DNA of 12,747 nucleotides from assembly GCF_003334255.1 (NCBI RefSeq), contig NZ_QOWU01000081.1; one strand, given 5' to 3'. Within the stretch, counting starts at the first letter, position 1. Every line of letters begins with the position of its first letter. The DNA comes from Escherichia coli (GTDB lineage: Bacteria; Pseudomonadota; Gammaproteobacteria; Enterobacterales; Enterobacteriaceae). The notes below the pieces were generated by a model, which was not told the origin of the DNA, searched no databases, and worked only from the letters and a program-made list of their open reading frames with translations. Both the position numbers and the translations under genes were made by a program. Shown in pieces: positions 6,442 through 10,945 of this stretch.

Positions 6442-7404
6442 TCACCCCCTGAATCCCGGCGGTATTTCAGTGTCCGGTTCAGAAATGTGATTCACGCAAC
6501 GCTGCGCAGGCGAACGCCCCAGGCGGATAACCAGTTCATCCCATTTTTCCCGGAGTTTTGCCGGACTCATGATGTTTTTTACCCAGAACGAATCCCGCTG
6601 GAGACGCCCAAACATTTCACAAATTTGTCTGTGAGTTCTGCCATCCAGCATCCGCATTGTGCGAACGTCATTGGCCCATGCTGTCCAGTTGGGTTCTTTC
6701 GGTCTAGTGATCTCGCCATCATAGCTGGCCGCCTGCTCGTAAAGACTCACGATTCGTCCCCAGATCCACTGTGCGCACACCAAATCTTCCTGACTTCCCC
6801 ACTGGCGTTTTTTCGCACTGAACACAACCGCGTCAGGGTGTCGGGTTAAAAAATCCTGTTCAGCCGTCTGCGGGTCCGGTTGCGAAGCGTCCGGACAAGA
6901 AGATCTTTTATCTGACGGATCAGGTTTTAATACTGACGGATCGGGGTCAATCATCGGCCCCCTAATCGGCAGTTTTTTATCAACAGTTGATCCATCAAAA
7001 TTTGACGGGTCAACCGTTGAGGGGTCAATATTTGACGGGTCAACTGTTAACGGGTCATTTTTTGCCGGGCTAATTTTTCTTTTCGGTTTATATGACTCAC
7101 GCGCCGCCGCCGCAGCTGCTTCGAGTTTTTCCACATTAAGCCGATAGATATTGCTTACATTACGCCCACCGACCTTACGCTCTTCCTTCGTCAGCCAGCC
7201 CTCTTTCGCCAGTTCTGCAATAGCCGATTTCACTGTGGATTCACTTCTTGCACCGATCTGACGCCGGATAGTTTCAATGGCAGGCCATGACACGCCCTCG
7301 TCATTGCTGTAGTCTGCAAGACGGGCCATAACCGCCACCCTGGATAAGATCATGCCGGTGAAGGCGCACCCTTCCCAGACAAGACCATGAAGCTTGCTGC
7401 TCAT
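6442..7404 (-). CDS. Phage replication initiation protein (lambda O-like organisation: N-terminal wHTH, repeat-containing linker encoding the origin iterons, C-terminal domain)
   Basis: The ORF track starts at GTG 7419; the ATG at 7402-7404 preceded by GGGGG is more likely. Peptide repeats DPSNIDPSTVDPSNFDGSTVD are encoded by the DNA iterons at 7000-7059. Confidence 0.8.
   Translation of the reverse strand: MSSKLHGLVWEGCAFTGMILSRVAVMARLADYSNDEGVSWPAIETIRRQIGARSESTVKSAIAELAKEGWLTKEERKVGGRNVSNIYRLNVEKLEAAAAAARESYKPKRKISPAKNDPLTVDPSNIDPSTVDPSNFDGSTVDKKLPIRGPMIDPDPSVLKPDPSDKRSSCPDASQPDPQTAEQDFLTRHPDAVVFSAKKRQWGSQEDLVCAQWIWGRIVSLYEQAASYDGEITRPKEPNWTAWANDVRTMRMLDGRTHRQICEMFGRLQRDSFWVKNIMSPAKLREKWDELVIRLGRSPAQRCVNHISEPDTEIPPGFRG
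7000..7059. repeat. Iteron array (putative prophage replication origin) inside the O-like gene
   Basis: GGGTCAA recurs at 7007, 7022, 7037 and 7052 (15-bp phasing). Two 30-bp direct repeats, 7000-7029 and 7030-7059, match at 26 of 30 positions. A related palindrome TCAACAGTTGA sits at 6980-6990 and an A/T-rich stretch at 7058-7090. Confidence 0.6.
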
Positions 7405-7426
7405 AAAACCCCCGAACACCGTGCTT

Positions 7427-7852
7427 TTAGTGCATCACCACAGCATTCCCTGCCGGGCCGCCGCGATTCATCTGGTCATACAAAACAACCGCTGACGCAA
7501 CAAAATCATCGACATCCTTCACCAGCCGATCCCTCCGTTCGACGATCTCACGGTAATATTCAGAACTGTGGCTGCGCATACGGGCCACCAGCAAAGGCGG
7601 CATCGCCTTTTCGATCGCCGGTAACAGAGCCTGCATTTTTTCAACAGCATCAGGGGTGTCTTTATCCAGCCAACGGAAAATTTTCTGGGTATTACGGGCC
7701 AGGGCTTCCGGATGGCTGTCGTCGTACAGTTCCGGGAACGTCATCCCCAGTTCGAAATAAGTCCGGGCTATTTCAGCTGCAGGAACTTTCTCACCATCAG
7801 GATATGCCCAGGCATTCATCGCCATGCGGATGTGCTCATGTTTGATTTTCAT
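7427..7852 (-). CDS. YdaT-like protein (Rac prophage ydaT family, proposed CII-like regulator), 141 aa
   Basis: Position immediately downstream of and overlapping the Cro-like gene; length and N-terminus (MKIKHEHI...) are consistent with YdaT as I recall it. ATG 7850-7852. Confidence 0.6.
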   Translation of the reverse strand: MKIKHEHIRMAMNAWAYPDGEKVPAAEIARTYFELGMTFPELYDDSHPEALARNTQKIFRWLDKDTPDAVEKMQALLPAIEKAMPPLLVARMRSHSSEYYREIVERRDRLVKDVDDFVASAVVLYDQMNRGGPAGNAVVMH

Positions 7853-8159
7853 GAATCATTTGCCTCTTGATGCTTCGGGTATGATCGTTTTCGTCATTTG
7901 GTTGCTTCATCGACATATTCTGCGAATAACATGACGAGCGTCGTAAGTATGTCCAATCAACATCAGGACGAAGTTCTTCACACAGGACACCACCTTTTGT
8001 TGCTCGTTCAATCGCAGGACATCTCTCAGCAGGCAACTGACGTACCCCTTTGATCCATTGATTTACGCTTGGAGGAGATACACCTAAAAGCCTAGCCATT
8101 GCTGATTGCCCACCGACAACAGCACAAGCTCGTTTGAATGAATAGTTATCTTTTTTCAT
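7836..8159 (-). CDS. Cro-like HTH regulator (YdaS family), 107 aa
   Basis: HTH GGQSAMARLLGVSPPSVNQWIKG. The ATG at 8157-8159 is preceded by GGAG at 8-nt spacing (the track ORF begins 7 codons upstream). Divergent from the repressor gene across the operator region. Confidence 0.75.
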   Translation of the reverse strand: MKKDNYSFKRACAVVGGQSAMARLLGVSPPSVNQWIKGVRQLPAERCPAIERATKGGVLCEELRPDVDWTYLRRSSCYSQNMSMKQPNDENDHTRSIKRQMIHENQT

Positions 8160-8180
8160 CGAATGAACTCCAAAAAACAC

Positions 8181-8255
8181 ACAATAATATTAGGCTTAGC
8201 CTAATATTATTGTCAATAGGCTATGCCTAATACATCGAGAGTAGGGATTGCCTAA
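8181..8255. promoter_or_regulatory. OR-like operator/promoter region: three operator sites of type TTAGGC-N3-GCCTAA, with a leftward PR-like promoter and a candidate rightward repressor promoter
   Basis: Perfect 33-bp palindrome 8181-8213 (ACAATAATATTAGGCT T AGCCTAATATTATTGT); second site 8216-8230; third, weaker site 8241-8255. Minus-strand -35 TTGACA at 8211-8216 with a -10-like TAATAT at about 8187-8192. Confidence 0.6.
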
Positions 8256-8283
8256 CGCGATGCGCATAGGAGACTATTAAGCA

Positions 8284-8760
8284 ATGCTTAGTGGTAAAGA
8301 CTTAGGCCGAGCGATAGAGCAGGCCATTAACAAAAAAATTGCATCAGGAGCCGTCAAATCAAAGGCGGAAATCGCACGTCATTTCAAAGTCCAACCACCA
8401 TCAATCCATGACTGGATTAAGAAAGGTTCGATAAGTAAAGACAAACTTCCAGAACTATGGCGTTTCTTTTCTGATGTGGTTGGTCCAGAGCATTGGGGGC
8501 TTAACGAATACCCCATACCAACCCCATCCACTTCAGATACAAAAAGTGAACTTTTAGACATAAACAGCCTTTATCAAGCCGCCTCTGATGAAAAAAGAGC
8601 AATTGTGACTTTCCTCTTATCTGGAAATGCTACGGAGCCTGGTTGGGTTGATCATGACGTTCGCGCCTACATTGCCGCAATGGAAATGAAGGTAGCTAAC
8701 TATCTGAAAAATCAAGAATCAAAACGGAAAAGCCAGAACATCACCAAGACAGGAACTTAA
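8284..8760 (+). CDS. Prophage repressor, 158 aa (RacR-like by position and length); no LexA-type S24 autocleavage domain apparent
   Basis: N-terminal HTH-like region (KAEIARHFKVQPPSIHDWIKKG); divergent from the Cro-like gene; flanked on both sides by operator triplets. AGGAG lies 11 nt upstream of the ATG. Confidence 0.75.
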   Translation: MLSGKDLGRAIEQAINKKIASGAVKSKAEIARHFKVQPPSIHDWIKKGSISKDKLPELWRFFSDVVGPEHWGLNEYPIPTPSTSDTKSELLDINSLYQAASDEKRAIVTFLLSGNATEPGWVDHDVRAYIAAMEMKVANYLKNQESKRKSQNITKTGT

Positions 8761-8835
8761 ACTTATATGGTCCGACGGGAAATTCCTAGTTCCCGTTAGT
8801 TAACTCCTACTACCTCTCCCACAAACCATCACCTA

Positions 8836-8897
8836 TTAGGTTGCACCTAAATCATTAGGCATAGCCTATTGACAAACAATTAGGCATTACCTATAGT
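8836..8897 (+). promoter_or_regulatory. OL/PL-like region: three operator sites and a strong rightward sigma70 promoter for the early-left (dicB-type) operon
   Basis: Sites TTAGGT-TGC-ACCTAA (8836-8850), TTAGGC-ATA-GCCTAT (8855-8869, the exact reverse complement of the OR site at 8216-8230) and TTAGGC-ATT-ACCTAT (8880-8894). -35 TTGACA 8869-8874, 17-bp spacer, -10 TATAGT 8892-8897. Confidence 0.6.
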
Positions 8898-9075
8898 TTT
8901 CCCATACCAACCCATCCCATCCCACACAATACAGGGCAATACCTAGAGTTACCCGGCAGTGGTCAGGGATTAAGTAGCCAGCCCGAGGCGTAAGAACATG
9001 ACGGCAGGGTTCAACTTTAACTATGCAGCAGGTTTTTGTTCCGCTCCCCCGGCGTTAAGGGGAAATGAGGTCAGC

Positions 9076-9228
9076 ATGGATACTATCGAGCTTGGCAACA
9101 GCGAATCTCTGGTATGTGGAGTATTCCCCAACCTGGACGGCACGTTTACCGCGATGACGTATACCAGAAGCAAAACGTTTAAAACGGAAGCTGGCGCGCG
9201 TCGCTGGTTAGCAAGAAACTCTGACTGA
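9076..9228 (+). CDS. Small early-left protein, 50 aa (YdaF/YdfA-like by position); the ORF could start at 8998 (76 aa)
   Basis: ATG 9076 preceded by GAGG at 5-nt spacing. Product MDTIELGNSESLVCGVFPNLDGTFTAMTYTRSKTFKTEAGARRWLARNSD. Confidence 0.5.
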   Translation: MDTIELGNSESLVCGVFPNLDGTFTAMTYTRSKTFKTEAGARRWLARNSD

Positions 9229-9302
9229 TGAAGGTTAGTAATTAAAGAGTTCTCCACAGGCGAAGTGGAATACGTTCGCCGGACACGGGTAAGCATTCGG
9301 CA

Positions 9303-9342
9303 TGCTCTTTAACAATCTGGGTATTCCTAACCACAAAGGAAT
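9303..9342 (+). promoter_or_regulatory. rrn-type boxA (TGCTCTTTAACAA) followed by a stem-loop: candidate nut-like or Nus-factor-dependent antitermination site in the early-left transcript
   Basis: Exact 13-nt match to the rrn boxA consensus as I recall it, at 9303-9315; hairpin ATTCC-(10 nt)-GGAAT at 9323-9342, 7 nt downstream; about 400 nt downstream of the PL-like promoter. No N-like protein identified. Confidence 0.4.
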
Positions 9343-9773
9343 CGCATCAATTTGGATTTTGCAGACAGTTTCTCTTGTTGTTCTACGGAGATTCCTATTT
9401 TGATCTGGGTTTTTAAGATTGCGATATCTTTAAGCGACGACCAAATATTATCATCTGTTTTTTCCAGGAGCTTTAACTGCATTTTCAATTCCGAATCGGA
9501 ATATTTTTCTGCATCATCATAAAACTGCAGATATTCTGCGGATTTTCTCATTGCGTTACCTGACTTTTGTCCGAATCCGTAAATCGTTTGAACGGTTGCT
9601 ATCACAACAATGAGAACTCCAGAAACTTCAGGAATAAATCCACCAATGACAGATGAACCGAGGATAATACTCACCACTGAGAAAAGTTTATCGAGACGAC
9701 CAGTCGCTACAGAGAATAGTTGTTCAAGAAAATAACCATATAAAACCCTGTCAAGAATATCATCCCGGTCCAT
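9327..9773 (-). CDS. Two-transmembrane-helix membrane protein, 148 aa, putative superinfection-exclusion protein (SieB-like by position and topology)
   Basis: ATG 9771-9773 preceded by AGGTGA. Hydrophobic segments LFSVVSIILGSSVIGGFIP and VSGVLIVVIATVQTIYGF followed by a helical charged domain. Transcribed opposite to the early-left operon, as sieB is in Rac. The gene looks AT-rich relative to its neighbours. Confidence 0.5.
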   Translation of the reverse strand: MDRDDILDRVLYGYFLEQLFSVATGRLDKLFSVVSIILGSSVIGGFIPEVSGVLIVVIATVQTIYGFGQKSGNAMRKSAEYLQFYDDAEKYSDSELKMQLKLLEKTDDNIWSSLKDIAILKTQIKIGISVEQQEKLSAKSKLMRFLCG

Positions 9774-9832
9774 ATATCATCACCTGCTTGTTTGATTGTT
9801 GCTGTTCCCCCTCTCCTCTGAAGGAGCTGGAG

Positions 9833-10021
9833 ATGGTTTTGGTCGAATGTTTTTCTCAGGTATATGTTTCCTGGTATTCGGAATGTCCGCCCTGTCCGCA
9901 GGCTTACCAGTACCTGAACAATTCTTTTGAACCACCATATAAAACACCTTCCTGTTGTTGGGGATATCCAGATTATACAGATTTCCTGTTATTGGGGAAT
10001 GACGGAAACCACCTCGCCTGA
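9833..10021 (+). CDS. Small Cys-rich protein, 62 aa (5 Cys; Kil/YdfC-position gene); the ORF may start at 9788 (77 aa)
   Basis: ATG 9833 preceded by AAGGAG at 6-nt spacing. Product MVLVECFSQVYVSWYSECPPCPQAYQYLNNSFEPPYKTPSCCWGYPDYTDFLLLGNDGNHLA. Could be spurious. Confidence 0.4.
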   Translation: MVLVECFSQVYVSWYSECPPCPQAYQYLNNSFEPPYKTPSCCWGYPDYTDFLLLGNDGNHLA

Positions 10022-10236
10022 CGTGGTTAAAAGCAGGCACACAACACGAAAGCGCACGGCGAGATTCCTTTGCATATAAGGCTTGTCGTTAAATTTCTTC
10101 GACCGTGCACTTCCGGTTGTGGCAGTCCGCGAAATGGCGCGGCGGTAAGTATGGCTGGGGCTTCCTCCATTGCTCCAGAAAATGCACCGGGTCGTCAGGT
10201 TGACCATACGCTTAAGTGACAGCCCCGCCACAATAC

Positions 10237-10294
10237 CCATGTGTAGTATTTGGTGGCATCAGTTCTACTCCGTGACTGCTCTGCCACCCTTTTT
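10237..10294 (+). ncRNA. dicF: DicF-like small RNA (cell-division inhibitory sRNA of the dicB operon)
   Basis: TTTGGTGGCATCAGTTCTACTCCGTGACTGCTCTGCCACCC followed by TTTTT matches my recollection of E. coli DicF (TTTGGCGGTATCAGTTTTACTCCGTGACTGCTCTGCCGCCC) with 4 substitutions, two of them compensatory in the terminator stem (GGTGGCA/TGCCACC at 10252-10258 and 10282-10288). The 5'-most ~12 nt differ. Immediately upstream of dicB. Confidence 0.8.
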
Positions 10295-10297
10295 AAA

Positions 10298-10459
10298 GTG
10301 AATTTTGTGATGCGGTGAATGCGGCTATGCGCACGCGGAACAGTTAAAACCGTAAAGTGGTCTTTTACGGGGCGTAACGGGCATCCTTCTGTATTCCGGC
10401 GTTAATTGTTAACTGGTTAACGTCACCTGGAGGCACCAGGCACCGCATCACAAAATTCA
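10298..10459 (+). repeat. 19-bp perfect inverted repeat (10298-10316 and 10441-10459) enclosing 124 bp between dicF and dicB; likely a long-range RNA stem serving as a processing site
   Basis: TGAATTTTGTGATGCGGTG ... CACCGCATCACAAAATTCA. An internal hairpin CCGTAAA-GTGGTCT-TTTACGG lies at about 10350-10370. Confidence 0.7.
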
Positions 10460-10476
10460 TTGTTGAGGACGCGATA

Positions 10477-10665
10477 ATGGAAACGTTATTACCAAACGTT
10501 AATACGTCTGAAGGTTGTTTTGATATTGGTGTTCTGCTCAGTAACCGGGAGTTTACGGAAGATGCCATTAAGATGAGAAAATATGAACCTTATCTTCTCA
10601 ATGATAATTCCATACTTTCCAGAATTGCCCTTCTTGAACTTGGTATTATCGGAGAACAGCAGTGA
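10477..10665 (+). CDS. dicB: DicB-like cell-division inhibitor (MinC-activating), 62 aa
   Basis: N-terminus METLLPNVNTSEGCFDIGVLLSNREFTEDAI matches my recollection of Qin DicB (MKTLLPNVNTSEGCFEIGV...FTEDAI). GAGGA ribosome-binding site at 7-nt spacing. Follows dicF. Confidence 0.85.
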   Translation: METLLPNVNTSEGCFDIGVLLSNREFTEDAIKMRKYEPYLLNDNSILSRIALLELGIIGEQQ

Positions 10666-10850
10666 CTTCAGCATTTGCACTGGTGATGACCGTTTTTCTT
10701 ATAACGGGTGAGCCACAAAATGTGATTACCGGAATTTATGACAGTAAGTCATCCTGCATTCAGGTAAGGGACGAACAAAAAATCCCCGGTGAATGCCTCC
10801 CGTTAAAAAAAGTATCGCTGAACCTGAATAACGAAATACCGGCTGGATAA
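10662..10850 (+). CDS. ydfD: YdfD-like small membrane protein (Qin ydfD family, reported lysis protein), 62 aa
   Basis: GTG start overlapping the dicB stop (GTGA), preceded by GGAG; N-terminal hydrophobic helix TSAFALVMTVFLITG; position downstream of dicB as in Qin. Confidence 0.55.
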   Translation: MTSAFALVMTVFLITGEPQNVITGIYDSKSSCIQVRDEQKIPGECLPLKKVSLNLNNEIPAG

Positions 10851-10945
10851 CCCGCCAGCCATATTAACGCCATACCAACGGATTAAAAATGCCAGCAATG
10901 GCAGGGATTCGTTCACCCTGAAATCTGTAATGAGGTTAAAACAAA

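Noticed and set aside
4632-6849. Plus-strand ORFs 4632-5163, 5428-5818, 5808-6017, 6001-6849 (282 aa) and 6227-6490
   Set aside because: All are antisense to the tightly coupled minus-strand replication operon; translations are Arg/Pro/His-rich and low-complexity, typical of the reverse strand of GC-balanced coding sequence.
7387-7845. Plus-strand 152-aa ORF antisense to the YdaT-like gene
   Set aside because: Antisense to a positionally supported gene, with a Pro/Arg/Ser-rich low-complexity translation.
8379-8561. Minus-strand 60-aa ORF inside the repressor gene
   Set aside because: Antisense to the repressor CDS, with no start context.
8284-8760. Whether the repressor is a LexA/CI-type autocleaving repressor
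   Set aside because: No S24 peptidase-like C-terminal domain with a Ser-Lys dyad is visible, so it is annotated as a non-cleavable RacR-like repressor.
8775-8796. Hairpin ACGGGA-(10 nt)-TCCCGT just after the repressor stop, a possible terminator
   Set aside because: No convincing U-tract follows it, and read-through from the repressor gene into the OL/PL region is plausible; left as unsupported.
8900-8997. C-rich low-complexity stretch (CCCATACCAACCCATCCCATCCCACAC) downstream of the PL-like promoter
   Set aside because: Too short and irregular to call a repeat element or CRISPR-like array; probably leader sequence. No CRISPR array, tRNA, rRNA, integrase or att site was found anywhere in the window.
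9021-9296. Minus-strand 91-aa ORF overlapping the YdaF-like gene
   Set aside because: Antisense to the early-left operon with no ribosome-binding site; the plus-strand gene has a strong start context.
9780-10680. Minus-strand ORFs 9780-10040, 9989-10240, 10365-10568 and 10489-10680
   Set aside because: They overlap the DicF sRNA, the dicF-dicB processing stem or the dicB coding region on the opposite strand; considered chance ORFs.
10887-10906. Hairpin TGCCA-GCAA-TGGCA preceded by an A-run (a terminator if read on the minus strand)
   Set aside because: No minus-strand gene is evident upstream of it in the window, so a terminator role cannot be supported; it may just be structure in the ydfD-recE intergenic region.
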